Shown piece by piece: positions 40,144 to 51,426 of a stretch of 64,000 nt of DNA. The stretch is taken from the NCBI GenBank assembly GCA_963768655.1, contig CAVYIM010000004.1, forward strand, positions 288,001 to 352,000, in the 5' to 3' direction. The stretch is from an uncultured Chloroflexia bacterium. Its GTDB lineage: Bacteria; Chloroflexota; Limnocylindria; Limnocylindrales; CSP1-4. Below the pieces are notes generated by a model. That model was given only the letters and a program-made list of their open reading frames with translations. It made no database searches and was not told where the DNA came from. The translations under genes were made by a program, and so were the position numbers. Within the stretch, counting starts at the first letter, position 1, and each line of letters begins with the position of its first letter.

Positions 40144-41601
40144 TATGGTCCGTCGCCGGTCACCTTCACCATCGATGCCGCCGGCCGTCATGCGAGCGAG
40201 GTCATCGGCTCGGGAGCGACCACGACGTACGAGTACCTCGGTACATCGGATGTGATCAGCTCGGAGACTACGAGCGGCGTCACGACCTACTCGGGTATCG
40301 ATGCCATCGGCGATCGATTGAGCCAGGGCAGCGGCGCCAGCGTGGCGGGCTGGCTCATCGCCGATCTCCACGGCAACATCGTCGCCGCCGCATCGAGCGG
40401 CTCCTCGCCGGCCTATCTAGATGCCTACCGCTACGACCCCTACGGCGAGACCTGCGGCTCCTGGGCCGCCTCATCGGGCTCGCTCACCGTACCCTGGCGC
40501 TTTCAGGGCCGGATCCTGGAGTCGGACATCGGCGCCGGTACCGATCTGTATGACTTCGGGGCCCGCGCCTACGATCCCGATCTTGGCGACTTCACGAGCT
40601 TCGACACCGTATCGGGCTCCGCCCTGAACCCGCTCACCCTCAACCGCTACCTCTATGCCAGCGCCAACCCGGCGACCCTTGTGGATCCGGACGGCCATTG
40701 CGCCGGCGACGCCGACGACGAGCGAGGGCTCATGGACAAGTGCACGTCATGGGCGTACGTGGGATCGGACCTCGAGTGCGTCGAGCGAGGCCACAAGCCG
40801 TCCAGAGGGAAGACGCCGACGGTGACTCCAACGGTGACTCCGACAGCCCAATCGCCTCAACTCACCGGCAAGGAGGCTGCCTACTACAACTTCTGCATGA
40901 ACAACTTCGCCAATGACGAATCGGGCACGATGCCGGACCTTCCTCAGCAGCAGATGACGTGCAATTCTCAAGTAGCCAAGCTGTACGGTGCGCCGTCTGC
41001 TGACGATTCGGCAGCAGCGACAGCTGCTGCGGCTTGCGCTAAGGGCTCGATGAGCGCGTGCGTGGCCCTCGGGGAGTACGTGGCGAACACAGCCTCAAAT
41101 GGCAATTGGCAAGATGCCAAGGAATGTGCATGGAACGAAGACCAAGAATCGGCCGCATGCGCGCAAGTCGGAGTCGAAGTGACGTCGGATACCCTCGCCC
41201 TTTACGCGAAGGTGATAAAGGGTCAGGCGGCCAGTTCCGGGCAGTTGGCAGACGCGAGTGCACCGGCTGTCCCAGTCGCCGAGGCGGACAGTGCGGCCAG
41301 CGACCTATCCAAAGGCATCGGGGTCTTCGGCGCGGCTCTAGACTCAGGCGTGACCTACTTCTCCTGCTCAGGCGGCGAGCATCCGAATGAGAATTGCGTG
41401 GTAAGAGGCGGGATCGCTGGTGGATCCGACTTGGTTGGGGGGTTTGGAGGCGGGACCTTGGCCCTCACGATTTGCGCAGGAGGTGCAGCTGCGACGGCGG
41501 GCCTTTCATGCGTTGCCGCAGGGATCTTGGTCGGTGTGGCCGCGTCTGGTGCGCTGAAATGGATCGGCGACACGACGGGGGACCTAACCAAATGGTGGTG
41601 A
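40048..41601 (+). CDS. Orphan Rhs cassette 2 (core type A + hydrophobic Cys-rich tip)
   Basis: Core from ~40159 near-identical to cassette 1; DPDG ends 40695; tip ends in Gly/Ala-rich helices ...ALKWIGDTTGDLTKWW. Confidence 0.88.
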   Translation: MAAVRVTFSAGPAEVAVGVRIGRPAANAQAFIYGPSPVTFTIDAAGRHASEVIGSGATTTYEYLGTSDVISSETTSGVTTYSGIDAIGDRLSQGSGASVAGWLIADLHGNIVAAASSGSSPAYLDAYRYDPYGETCGSWAASSGSLTVPWRFQGRILESDIGAGTDLYDFGARAYDPDLGDFTSFDTVSGSALNPLTLNRYLYASANPATLVDPDGHCAGDADDERGLMDKCTSWAYVGSDLECVERGHKPSRGKTPTVTPTVTPTAQSPQLTGKEAAYYNFCMNNFANDESGTMPDLPQQQMTCNSQVAKLYGAPSADDSAAATAAAACAKGSMSACVALGEYVANTASNGNWQDAKECAWNEDQESAACAQVGVEVTSDTLALYAKVIKGQAASSGQLADASAPAVPVAEADSAASDLSKGIGVFGAALDSGVTYFSCSGGEHPNENCVVRGGIAGGSDLVGGFGGGTLALTICAGGAAATAGLSCVAAGILVGVAASGALKWIGDTTGDLTKWW

Positions 41602-41771
41602 CCGCCCTGAGTTCGTGCCTGGCCACGGAGCCGCCACGGAAGGCCGGCTTCATCGGGACGTGACTCTTGATCGAGGAGACTTGGGCCCATGCACTTAGCG
41701 AGGTCGCGGGCGCTAGCCGGCCGGCGCTGGCGTGTAGGGCGGTACGGAACGGAAGCAGGAGCGCGGAGGAC

Positions 41772-42815
41772 ATGAGCGTGTTCCGTCGTCTCCTCGCCTT
41801 TGGAGGTTGGTGCGCCCATCAGGGCAACCAACTGATGATCGGGACCTACAACCGAAGCCACGACCGGGCCATCCGTCCGAGTTGGCTTTTCGTCTCGTGT
41901 GGATTGCTGGCACTCTTTGCTGCCGCAGCGGGAGTCGCAGCAGTCACCGCGGCCACCACCGGACTGGCCAGTACGACCGTCGCGCAGGTGGCGGCCGGAG
42001 GCCCCCTCCAGGCAGGATCCAGGTACGTGAGGGTTTCGGGCACGCCCGAGCCTGGGGGTGTCCAGCTCTGCAATTCGGACGGATCGTGCCAGGACCTGGT
42101 CGTGCTCACGGACGGGGCCGGTGGGCACGCCATCTTCGTGCTCACGGACGGCCCTGCGCCCAATCCAGGTCCCGACGGCACCGTTACATTCACCGGTCTG
42201 GTCGTCGATGGCACGAGCGGAGGCCGGGACACGAGCGACTGGCAGTCGCTCGTGCGGATGAGGATGCTCACAGTCATCCCGCTGTCGCTGGACTACCTGG
42301 ACGCCACTTGGAGTCCGGCCAATCTGCCATTGGCGATCGCTGGCGCGATCTTCTTCGCCGGGCTTGACCTGCTGATCGCCCTCGGTTGGCTGGTTGGCTT
42401 GATGCCCTTTGCGGCCCTGCCCCGAACGGCCGTAGCTCCGATCGAAACTGGGGCCGGGAGCCCGTTGAGCAGCGTTCCTGTTGGCATTACAGGGGTGCTC
42501 GTGGACATCAGAGGTAAGAAGAGGCGGTACCGGGATCGGCCGGCCCGATTGGACCTGGACCGGACCGGAGCGAGTGTGATTATCAGCCAGTGGGTCGCCC
42601 GCTACCGCCATGTGGCCACTGCTCTGGTACCGAGTACGGAGGCGTTGATCGAACCGGCCGGCGTCTCAGGGGTGAACCGCGGAACTGGCTACCTGGTTAC
42701 CCGTACCAAACCCGCCATCAAGATGGCTACAGAAACCGGGCAGATCATTCTGACTTTCAAGGATGCTCTCACGAGAGACCGGGCTTTCGCCGAGGTCGCG
42801 GCCTGGGCGCGGTGA
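41772..42815 (+). CDS. Two-TM membrane protein with extracytoplasmic domain (candidate immunity)
   Basis: Follows tip 2; two hydrophobic stretches; start uncertain. Confidence 0.6.
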   Translation: MSVFRRLLAFGGWCAHQGNQLMIGTYNRSHDRAIRPSWLFVSCGLLALFAAAAGVAAVTAATTGLASTTVAQVAAGGPLQAGSRYVRVSGTPEPGGVQLCNSDGSCQDLVVLTDGAGGHAIFVLTDGPAPNPGPDGTVTFTGLVVDGTSGGRDTSDWQSLVRMRMLTVIPLSLDYLDATWSPANLPLAIAGAIFFAGLDLLIALGWLVGLMPFAALPRTAVAPIETGAGSPLSSVPVGITGVLVDIRGKKRRYRDRPARLDLDRTGASVIISQWVARYRHVATALVPSTEALIEPAGVSGVNRGTGYLVTRTKPAIKMATETGQIILTFKDALTRDRAFAEVAAWAR

Positions 42816-42847
42816 AGCATTGGAAGGCGGCGGACCGTGCGGGCTCC

Positions 42848-44561
42848 CGATGGCAACCGCACCGCCGTGAGTGAGGCCGGGGTGACCTTCTACTACGCCT
42901 ACGACGCCACCGACGAGGTCCTCTGGAAGGGTCCGAACGCTAATGGCTCGGGGTCTTCGGCCTTTAGCTACGATGCCCTGGGCAACCTGCTCTCGAGCCA
43001 GCCCTCGGGCCCGGACTCGGGCAGCCTGAAGCCGACCACCTACACCTACGACCCCGCCGGGCACCTGCTCACCATCGACGATGGCACGGCGGCCCAGAAG
43101 GTCACCTTCACCATCGATGCCGCCGGCCGTCATGCGAGCGAGGTTATCGGCTCGGGAGCGACCACCACGTACGAGTACCTCGGTACATCGGATGTGATCA
43201 GCTCGGAGACCACGAGCGGCGTCACGACCTACTCGGGCATCGATGCCATCGGCGATCGCTTGAGCCAGGGCAGCGGCGCCAGCGTCTCGGGCTGGCTCAT
43301 CGCCGATCTCCACGGCAACATCGTCGCCGCCGCATCGAGCGGCTCCTCGCCGGCCTATCTAGATGCCTACCGCTACGACCCCTACGGCGAGACCTGCGGC
43401 TCCTGGGCCGCCTCATCGGGCTCGCTCACCGTACCCTGGCGCTTTCAGGGTCGGATCCTGGAGTCCGACATCGGCGCCGGGACCGATCTGTATGACTTCG
43501 GGGCCCGCGCCTACGACCCCGATCTTGGCGCCTTCACGAGCTTCGACACCGTCTCGGGCTCCGCTTTGAACCCGCTCACTCTCAACCGCTACCTCTATGC
43601 CAGCGCCAACCCTGAGACCCTTGTGGATCCCGATGGCCACGTCAACTGCGGCGGTGGGCCGCCGAGCGCAATCGCCGCCTGCGAGGCGGCCGCGGAACCT
43701 CCGTCGCCTGTGTCTCAACCTGTGTCTCATCCGAACACCGAGCTCTTCAACTGCTCGGGCGCGCCCGCCTCGTCTGCTGCCGAGTGCGAGGCGGCCAAGG
43801 CGCAAGCCGTATTCGACGCTCAGTTACAGACGGCGCGGGCCGAGCTGACGGGCAGCACTGACATGACCACCGCGGCCTACGACTCCGTGCTACACGACTC
43901 CGTGCTATACGACACCACCGACTCGGGCAGCGCGGTCTACTCGTACGACAGCGGCGTGGCCGACGCGAAAGCGGCGGCGGCCGCGGGAGCTTCGTCGCGC
44001 TCGAACGTGGATTGTGGCTGGAACCCACTATGTGATATCAACAACGCCGTCGGCACAGCCGGAGATGTGGGGAGGGGCGTAGCCGGGAACCCGGCCGTGC
44101 AGTGGACAGCGGCGATCGCAGCCACTGGAATTGTCTGTCTGGGGTTGGGTGCCGGCTTGGCGTGCGGGGCCGCTGGCCTAGCCTACGTAGGTACAACGTG
44201 GATCAAGAACAAGTTGGAGGGGAATAGCGACCTCCTCGCGGGGGCGAATCCCTCGACATGGTCTTGTCGGTGGGCTCGGCAGGTATGTTGGATTGGGATC
44301 GAATCAGCAAATGAGCGTCGTTTACCGACAAACTAGTCCAGGGAGCTTACGCTGGCTTCGTGTCAGATGGCGCGTCCCAAATGGCCCGGAATCCAGGGCG
44401 ACTAACCGAACCCATGCGAATTGGGTGCGTCGACTGTCGGAGGTGCCATCTCAAACGTGTTGCCTTCTGGCTTGCCGACAAAGGACTTCTTCTTCGGCGG
44501 ATTCATATCGAGCGGGATTGGCGGAAGCCTTTCCGCGGCGTGCGATCGTCTTCTTCCCTAG
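42848..44561 (+). pseudogene. Orphan Rhs cassette 3 (core type A + tip 3, several frameshifts in 44250-44430)
   Basis: DPDG ends 43637; tip continues across frames as GFVSDGASQMARNP ... GGFISSGIGGSLSAACDRLLP* (stop 44559-44561). Confidence 0.8.
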
Positions 44562-44590
44562 TCGCGGCCACGAGTGGGAGATTCCTGATC

Positions 44591-44923
44591 TTGAACAGCC
44601 AGTGGTATACGCCAGGTGTGACATGCATAGTCGGCCTGGGTCTCTTCCTGATGGTCACGACACCTCTTGTAGGAGCGGTGGTGTATCCGCGCAGACTCCG
44701 GCTGCCGCGCCTGTTGCGATGGAGCTACGTGCGGTTTCCGGACGTATTGACTCCGTATCACCGAGTCTACATGGTGGTGGTTGGATTACTCCTGGAGGCG
44801 TTCCCGGCAGCGGTGTGGGCTGTGGGCTGGACCGCTGGAAGCTCACTCTCGCTGCCAAGCTTGGGCGCAGAACTGGGCCTGAGCCTGGGCTGGGTGCTGC
44901 TGCTGCTGCACCATGCGAGATGA
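44591..44923 (+). CDS. Putative membrane immunity protein for tip 3
   Basis: RBS gggag, TTG start, three hydrophobic segments, 30 nt after the tip-3 stop. Confidence 0.55.
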   Translation: MNSQWYTPGVTCIVGLGLFLMVTTPLVGAVVYPRRLRLPRLLRWSYVRFPDVLTPYHRVYMVVVGLLLEAFPAAVWAVGWTAGSSLSLPSLGAELGLSLGWVLLLLHHAR

Positions 44924-45159
44924 TGGAGACTGTTCAGCCTCGATGGCAACATGCCCATTCGGAGTAAGGGCCGGGGAACTGGTCGGATACTGGGCCCAGA
45001 TCCGAGTTCAGCAAGCTCAAGAAGTATGGAGATCGAGGGTTCCAGGACCCATGAGGTTCGCCGTTGGTTGCGAGGAGCCAGGTTGAGCATGAGCGCCCGC
45101 TGTTCAGTTGAGTCAACACGCGATTACATCGGTGACAAGCAGAACGAGAGGCAGGCGGA

Positions 45160-45402
45160 ATGGCAGCGGTGTTCCTGGTCGAGCATTACCATCCCCTCTC
45201 CGACGAAGCGCCTGACTCCAAGTTGATCGGCATCTACACCACGCGTGAGAAGGCAGAGCGGGCGGTCAGAGACTTGGCAGAACAACCAGGCTTTCGGGAT
45301 CTGCCTGACGTAATTGCAGATCCCGCGGAACGCGGCAGTCTTGGGATTTGGCGGATCGAACTGGATGAGACCGCTTGGTCCCGGGGCTACGAGACCGTCT
45401 AG
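45160..45402 (+). CDS. Small soluble orphan immunity-like protein
   Basis: KLIGIYTT.E.A..A..L..QPGF.D.P...ELDE..W..G pattern, recalled from small proteins of polymorphic toxin loci. Confidence 0.65.
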   Translation: MAAVFLVEHYHPLSDEAPDSKLIGIYTTREKAERAVRDLAEQPGFRDLPDVIADPAERGSLGIWRIELDETAWSRGYETV

Positions 45403-45419
45403 TCGACAATGCTCAACCC

Positions 45420-46011
45420 CTGGCCTGCGGGCAGTACCCATAGCGTTGACCGTGACCGCTCTCGACGCATGTGGCAACGTGGCCACAGGCTACATGGGGA
45501 CGATCCCTTCACGACCAGCGATTCGGCCGCGACCCTGCCCGCGGACTACACCTTCACCGCCGCTGACAAGGGCGCCCATACCTTCGCAAACACACTGGTC
45601 CCGGGGCTCAGCCTCAAGACTCCCGGCAGCCAGGCGGCCGATATCGCGGCCGCCTTCACCGTCCTTAGTTCGAGTCTGTCTGGCGACGCTCTTACCAAAC
45701 ACCTCGGTGCCGCAGATCGAACCAGACGACCTTCACCTACGATCGCTACCGAGATCGGTGTCGGCGCGGGCACACTGGCGGCCGCCGGCTTCGCTTTGGG
45801 CTTCACGTCGGACGTATTCAGCCAGGAACTCCAGCATCCCCTCCACCCTATCAACATGGAGCACGCTCTCTGTTCCGGAGCGATGGGCGGCGCGTCCGGG
45901 TTCTTGACCAAGGATCTAGATGCGATGGGCATAAAGGATCCAACAGAAAAGGGATTTGCCTGGGATGTTCTGAGCACCATCTATGGAAACCAGGTCTGCT
46001 CGGGAGGATAG
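45420..46011 (+). pseudogene. Ig-like repeat fragment fused to an orphan toxin tip (tip-1 family)
   Basis: TVTALDACGNVATGY / FTTSDSAATLPADYTFTAADKGAHTF...LKTPGSQ, then GFTSDVFSQELQHPL..HALC...NQVCSGG. Confidence 0.65.
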
Positions 46012-46017
46012 TAAGCA

Positions 46018-46392
46018 ATGGACGGTCCGTGGCCGGAAGACGCCCTCGCTCTCTTCGCGCTCTGCCTCCCTTTCAGCATGATCGCCTGGGCTGGCATAGC
46101 GCGCTCGGCTGGCTGGCTTCGGGAGCAAGCCGACCAGCCGGCATGGTTTCGGTTCATCGCCGTGAGGTCTCCGTCGTGGGGAACAGGCGATCCTCCGGTC
46201 TGGGCTGAAATCATCCTCGCGCTTGTCTTCGGGACCTTGATGAACTTCCCTGCGGCTGGCCTATTGGCAATCTGGCCGTACGGGTGGCTCGGTCGTCTCA
46301 TCCCTGTGGCGTATTTCCTCGCTCAAGGGATGTGGCTCCTCGATATGCGCCGGGCGATCATCCGCGCCAAGGCTCGCCATCCAGGCAGCTGA
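46018..46392 (+). CDS. Putative membrane immunity protein (family I)
   Basis: CLP.S..W, SAG.L, DQPA, NF, PYG, RHP shared with 37002..37376. Confidence 0.7.
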   Translation: MDGPWPEDALALFALCLPFSMIAWAGIARSAGWLREQADQPAWFRFIAVRSPSWGTGDPPVWAEIILALVFGTLMNFPAAGLLAIWPYGWLGRLIPVAYFLAQGMWLLDMRRAIIRAKARHPGS

Positions 46393-46682
46393 AACCGAGG
46401 GGAGCGCTTTGGGTATCACCTACTTCGATGTACTCGCCGCAGCCGCGTGGTTCTTTGGCGTAACCGTGGTCGCGGCTCGGTCCCGGAGGCCCGTACCTAC
46501 ACCTACGACGCCGATGGCAACCGCACCGCCGTGAGTGAGGCCGGGGTGACCTTCTACTACGCCTACGACGCCACCGACGAGGTCCTCTGGAAGGGTCCGA
46601 ACGCTAACGGCTCGGGGTCCTCCGCCTTTAGCTACGATGCCCTGGGCAACCTGCTCTCGAGCCAGCCCTCGGGTCCGGACTC

Positions 46683-48171
46683 GAGGATGTCCCGCTCGTC
46701 GTGGAATTTCAGTGAGGGTCGGGTCTCCAGGTTGCTGATCATATCGGTTGGTTGGTAGCGCTCGCCTCGCTTTCGATGTGGAGCTCGCGCTTTAGCGCAG
46801 CGGCAAGAATGGGCAGCTCCCGATAGCCGCAGACTCGGCGGAACTGAGCCTCTGCGGCGAGCATCCCAGCGGCGGCCCAGCGCAGCGCCATCTCGCCCGA
46901 CTCCCAGTTCTTCACCCGGCGGGCGTGCGTCTTGACGATCTCGATCATCGATTCCATCGGGTTGGTCGACTCGAGCGTCCTCCGGAGCGAGCCGCTGATG
47001 CCCAGACGCGTCAGGGTGAGCGTGTCGTCGAGCCCCTCGCGCAGCGACGCGGCGGCTCCCGGACGGCTGTGGGCCAGACTGCGGGCCAGGGAGTGGAGGG
47101 CCGCCTTCGCCCTGTCCGGATCTCGCTCGGCCCAGGCGGCCCGAAGCCGGCGCTGGGCGAGCGGTCGTTCGATCTCGGGCAGGTGCTCTAGAACGTTGCG
47201 CTCTTTGTGGCGATGGCAGCGATGGATCGCCACGCCTTTGCCCAAGAAGGTGGGGATGGCCGAACCGATGGCGGAGCCGCCGTCGACGACGAAGAGGACG
47301 CCTGCGCTTGTGTCCAGACCGCGATCGCGCAAGTCCGCCAGGAGCGCGTTGACCACCGCGCTGTTCTCGGTCGTGCCCTCGACCACGCCGAGGGGCACCT
47401 TGTGGCCGGCGGCGTCGATCCCGAGCGCGCCTACGAGCAGGTGATCGCCCAGGCGAAAGCCATCGAGCATGAGCACGAGGTAGCGGCGGTCGTCGAGTCT
47501 GCGCCCGAGCAGCTCAGCCAGGCGCTCTGCCGTGGCGGCGAGGAAGCGGCGGCTGACGGCGGCGTGGCTGGTCGAGACGGCGGCCTCCTCGATGGCCTCG
47601 CCAACAGGCTCGAGGCCAACCGGATAGTCGCGAGTCGAGAGCCCCGCGAGCATCCGGGCGACGATCCCGTCGGCGAGCAGATCGCTGGCTCTCGCGGCCT
47701 CGTAGGTCGCGAGCGGCAGCTCGGCTGCTCCATCGGCACTTCGCACACGTGGCCGCTCGACGCGGAGTCGGCGGCCGCCCAGGGTCACGGTTCCGGCTTC
47801 ACTGCCATGGCGATAGGCAACTCGATCCGCTCGGTGGCGGCCGCGTGGGCCGGCCAGGCCGTCAACCTCAGCCGCCATCAGCTCGTCGAGGACCTCGAGG
47901 CCGACCGCGGTCGAAGCGGCCAGCAGGCCCTCGCGCAGATGGCTCGCGAACGTGGCGAGATGGCCCTCGAGCCGCCCTGTCAGCTCAGCAGGAAGCTGGT
48001 GAACGAGACGGCGAGGTCGGCGGCATCGCTTCTCAGGGCGGGGCCGGACGTGGGACGATGGCATGGGTTCCTCCAGTTCGACTTTCCGGGTCTCCCGTAG
48101 CGTGACAGCTCACGCTCCGGGCTGGAGGACCCACCCCTCAACTCAAATTCCACGGAACTCGGGACAACCTC
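46683..48171 (-). mobile_element. IS256-family insertion sequence, copy 2
   Basis: Same IRs; TSD CCGGACTC (46675-46682, 48172-48179); one visible SNP at 46984 (W to R in the transposase). Confidence 0.95.
46739..48064 (-). CDS. IS256 family transposase
   Basis: 441 aa, one residue different from copies 1 and 3. Confidence 0.93.
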   Translation of the reverse strand: MPSSHVRPRPEKRCRRPRRLVHQLPAELTGRLEGHLATFASHLREGLLAASTAVGLEVLDELMAAEVDGLAGPRGRHRADRVAYRHGSEAGTVTLGGRRLRVERPRVRSADGAAELPLATYEAARASDLLADGIVARMLAGLSTRDYPVGLEPVGEAIEEAAVSTSHAAVSRRFLAATAERLAELLGRRLDDRRYLVLMLDGFRLGDHLLVGALGIDAAGHKVPLGVVEGTTENSAVVNALLADLRDRGLDTSAGVLFVVDGGSAIGSAIPTFLGKGVAIHRCHRHKERNVLEHLPEIERPLAQRRLRAAWAERDPDRAKAALHSLARSLAHSRPGAAASLREGLDDTLTLTRLGISGSLRRTLESTNPMESMIEIVKTHARRVKNWESGEMALRWAAAGMLAAEAQFRRVCGYRELPILAAALKRELHIESEASATNQPI

Positions 48172-49741
48172 CCGGACTCGGGCAGCCTGAAGCCGACCAC
48201 CTACACCTACGACCCCGCCGGGCACCTGCTCACCATCGACGATGGCACGGCGGCCCAGAAGGTCACCTTCACCATCGATGCCGCCGGCCGTCATGCGAGC
48301 GAGGTTATCGGCTCGGGAGCGACCACGACGTACGAGTACCTCGGTACATCGGATGTGATCAGCTCGGAGACTACGAGCGGCGTCACGACCTACTCGGGTA
48401 TCGATGCCATCGGCGATCGATTGAGCCAGGGCAGCGGCGCCAGCGTGGCGGGCTGGCTCATCGCCGATCTCCACGGCAACATCGTCGCCGCCGCATCGAG
48501 CGGCTCCTCGCCGGCCTATCTAGATGCCTACCGCTACGACCCCTACGGCGAGACCTGCGGCTCCTGGGCCGCCTCATCGGGCTCGCTCACCGTACCCTGG
48601 CGCTTTCAGGGCCGGATCCTGGAGTCGGACATCGGCGCCGGTACCGATCTGTATGACTTCGGGGCTCGCGCCTACGATCCCGATCTTGGCGACTTCACGA
48701 GCTTCGACACCGTCTCGGGCTCCGCCCTGAACCCGCTCACCCTCAACCGCTACCTCTATGCATCGGCCAACCCGGCCACGCTGGTGGATCCGGATGGGCA
48801 TCAGGTGCTCTCCTGCGGGCCTGACGGTATCTACTGCGGCTACGGCAAATCGTTCGGGGACGACGACTCGTCGGGCAGCTCCTCGGACAGTTCGGGGAAC
48901 GGGACCAGGCCGCTGAAGCCATTGCATTCGAGGTTCATTCCGATACAAGACTGCTTTCCGCGCGCAACAGGCAGAGGTGATCCCAACCAACGAATGCCGC
49001 CGTCCTGGTGCCCATACAGCGGAGGAATCTGGGTCGACGATGGCGGCGACGCGCAGGACGGCACGTGGGCAATCTATACCGACTCCAGCGGGCATCTCCA
49101 CTACGCCTACACCTACTCGACGCCTGATGAGGACGATGGAGCGGGTGGTTGGACGCACATGGAGTACACGGTCGATTATGACCTGGGCTACGGAGGCGAC
49201 AACGGATTCCAGGCAGATGTGAATTCGGGAACCGACGGAGGTCTGAGCCTTGAGCTTCCCGATAGCCTCGGAACGCTCAAGCTCGATGCACCAGACGAGA
49301 AAGGTGGAAAATGGGAGGGTAGTATTCAGGCGGGACCATCGTTCTCCGTGGCGACCAACACCACGGTATTACCGAATGGTGACCAGCTGGTGCAAGACAG
49401 CGTTACGAGCTACACTGCCGGCCTTGGTTTCGGTGGATTCGAGACCAGTGTCTCCTACGGCACGTCGTCGACCGTATCGGGTAACGGTGCGTCAATTGGA
49501 GTGACCGCGACGGCAACCTGGGTCTATGACCGCGGACCGGACATTCCAGAGGCAGTTGGGGCCGGTGCATCGATCGTGGCGGCCTTTGTGCTCAGTGTGT
49601 TGCAAGAAGGCACTAAGGATGCTGAGCAGGTGTGCTCCTCCAACCCGGATCTTTGTCCGCCCCCAGTGATGCCGTGACGGGCGCATGTCGCAAGCCTCTT
49701 CCTGGCGCCAAGGCGTGTGAATTGGAACCGCGTGGAGGCCA

Positions 49742-50470
49742 ATGATGAAGGGCACCTCTCGAAAGGCAGCTGTCGATGCAAAGTGGCGCCGGCGTCGAAG
49801 GACAGCCGCTGTCGTACTCGCATTCGTCCTCCCCCTTCCGTTGATCTTCCTCCCGAGTCACACGACTCTGGCGACGTTGGTGGTCGCCCTCTTGGTTGGC
49901 CTGGGCGCCGGGCTCCTGACCGCGCCGTTTTGGGCAGAAGATCGCCTGGCGGTTTGGCTGCCTGCAAACGTAGAGCGCCGATCGACCCGGGAAGGGGCTA
50001 GGCAATGGCTCCATGACCACCCGGGCGGAGCGGACGATTCGACGGTCGGCGCGCTCCTCGCGGCGAGTCAATACCCGGAGGCGGCAGCGATGCTGTCTAT
50101 GCTGCCGCCTGTCACAAACGAAACACAGACCTTCTTTCGCAGGTGGGCGAGCGCTGTGATAGATGTGCGTCGCGATGCCGCCGTTGACCTGGATGGCCTT
50201 TGGTCCCTAGCAGGAGCCCAGCCAAATGTCGCAGCTCGCGTGATGGCCCAGGCGCAAGTGGCCAACTTGGGACTCACTTTCGCGTTGAGAGGCGGCGGCG
50301 ACTGGCCTGAGGCCCTCCGTCGAGTGAGGGCGATCGGGTCCTCGCTCCAACTGTCGGCTTCGCAACGTCTGCGTCTTTGGTTCATGCATTTCCCGGGTCT
50401 TGCTATCGTGCTCATCGTGCTCGCTACGTGGGCGCTGGGGCTTCCGATGGGCTATTCTCGAATCACATAG
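49742..50470 (+). CDS. Membrane protein, candidate immunity for tip 4
   Basis: RBS ggagg; two N-terminal and one C-terminal TM segments. Confidence 0.6.
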   Translation: MMKGTSRKAAVDAKWRRRRRTAAVVLAFVLPLPLIFLPSHTTLATLVVALLVGLGAGLLTAPFWAEDRLAVWLPANVERRSTREGARQWLHDHPGGADDSTVGALLAASQYPEAAAMLSMLPPVTNETQTFFRRWASAVIDVRRDAAVDLDGLWSLAGAQPNVAARVMAQAQVANLGLTFALRGGGDWPEALRRVRAIGSSLQLSASQRLRLWFMHFPGLAIVLIVLATWALGLPMGYSRIT

Positions 50471-50769
50471 CTGCCTCTGATCGGCTTCTTGTCAGCGGCC
50501 CCTTTTCGCCACTACCGATGACCCGAGATACGACATAGGCGAGGTCCCAGAGTTGGGCCCGGATGCCTGAGGATCAGACAGATCAGAACACGTAGCTCAT
50601 CCTGTGGGAAGTCTGACTTCCCCAATGGCTGTTACTGTCGCGAACCGTCGTACTTTCGCCGTCGCCTTCAAAGCCTCGTGCCCGCCCGTTGGGCGGCAGC
50701 GGCCCGCCAGTCGGAGCCCAATCGATCGCTAGGAGTGTGCGCATGCAGTGGTGGGGTGGGCGTGAGGTA

Positions 50770-51303
50770 GGCGAGGCGCTTGACTCGAGAGAACGCCGGA
50801 CATCTTATCGAGGCTTCAGCCTGGAGATCGTCTACACGCTGACACTCAGCGACCTAGTATGGATGTACCTCGGCTCTTGGGCGGCACGCATGGCTGCGGC
50901 GCCTGGGTTCCTGTGCGTCGTATTCTGTGTCGCCGGGTGGCCGAGCGCAGGGATTCCGATCGCCAGCTACCTTGAGATACTGGGTGCCTGCCTCGTCTTC
51001 ATGGCCCTCGGTCCTCTCCTCTTTCTGCTCGGCGCGTTGGGGATGTACGGATCGAGGAGGTTCGTCGGTACCACAGTCCGTCTCTCCATCGATGATCAGG
51101 GTGTTCGGGGCTGGCCGCTGGCAAAGGAGATGAGACTAACCTGGGCGCAGATCCGTCGTGTGCGATCGGTGCGGGGCGTCATCACGCTGCCATTTCGTCA
51201 TTTCGGTACCCGAGCCGGATGGGTTCCAGTGCCCGAACGCGCTATGACCGCCGGCCAGCTCACAGACTTCCTGAGTCTCCTTGCGGACAAGGGCGTGCTG
51301 TAG
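50770..51303 (+). CDS. Two-TM + soluble domain (YcxB-like) protein, paralog of 54626..55135; start uncertain
   Basis: LSDLVWMYLGSWA.RM.AAPG, GTTVRL.I, GV.GWP, GWVP.PERA. Confidence 0.6.
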   Translation, partial: GEALDSRERRTSYRGFSLEIVYTLTLSDLVWMYLGSWAARMAAAPGFLCVVFCVAGWPSAGIPIASYLEILGACLVFMALGPLLFLLGALGMYGSRRFVGTTVRLSIDDQGVRGWPLAKEMRLTWAQIRRVRSVRGVITLPFRHFGTRAGWVPVPERAMTAGQLTDFLSLLADKGVL

Positions 51304-51344
51304 GTATGAATCGCCTCTCGTCTTGCTGGAGGGTGCCGCATCAG

Positions 51345-51426
51345 TACGAGGGTTTCGGCACATGGCTTCGCCCCCCGGATGGGCCCGCAGAGTGTTCGGG
51401 GCCCACACGGTCGGATACGTTGGGAC
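51345..51426 (+). repeat. Degenerate ~82-bp copy of part of gene 60197..60562
   Basis: tacgagggtttcggcacatggcttcgccc...cacacggtcggatacg also at 60299-60382; this copy has two 1-nt deletions. Confidence 0.8.

Larger units (their letters stand above)
46489..49677 (+). pseudogene. Orphan Rhs cassette 4 (core type A split by IS256; beta-rich tip)
   Basis: Core SQPSGPDS|GSLKPT rejoins across the IS; DPDG ends 48798; tip ends ...QVCSSNPDLCPPPVMP. Confidence 0.85.
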
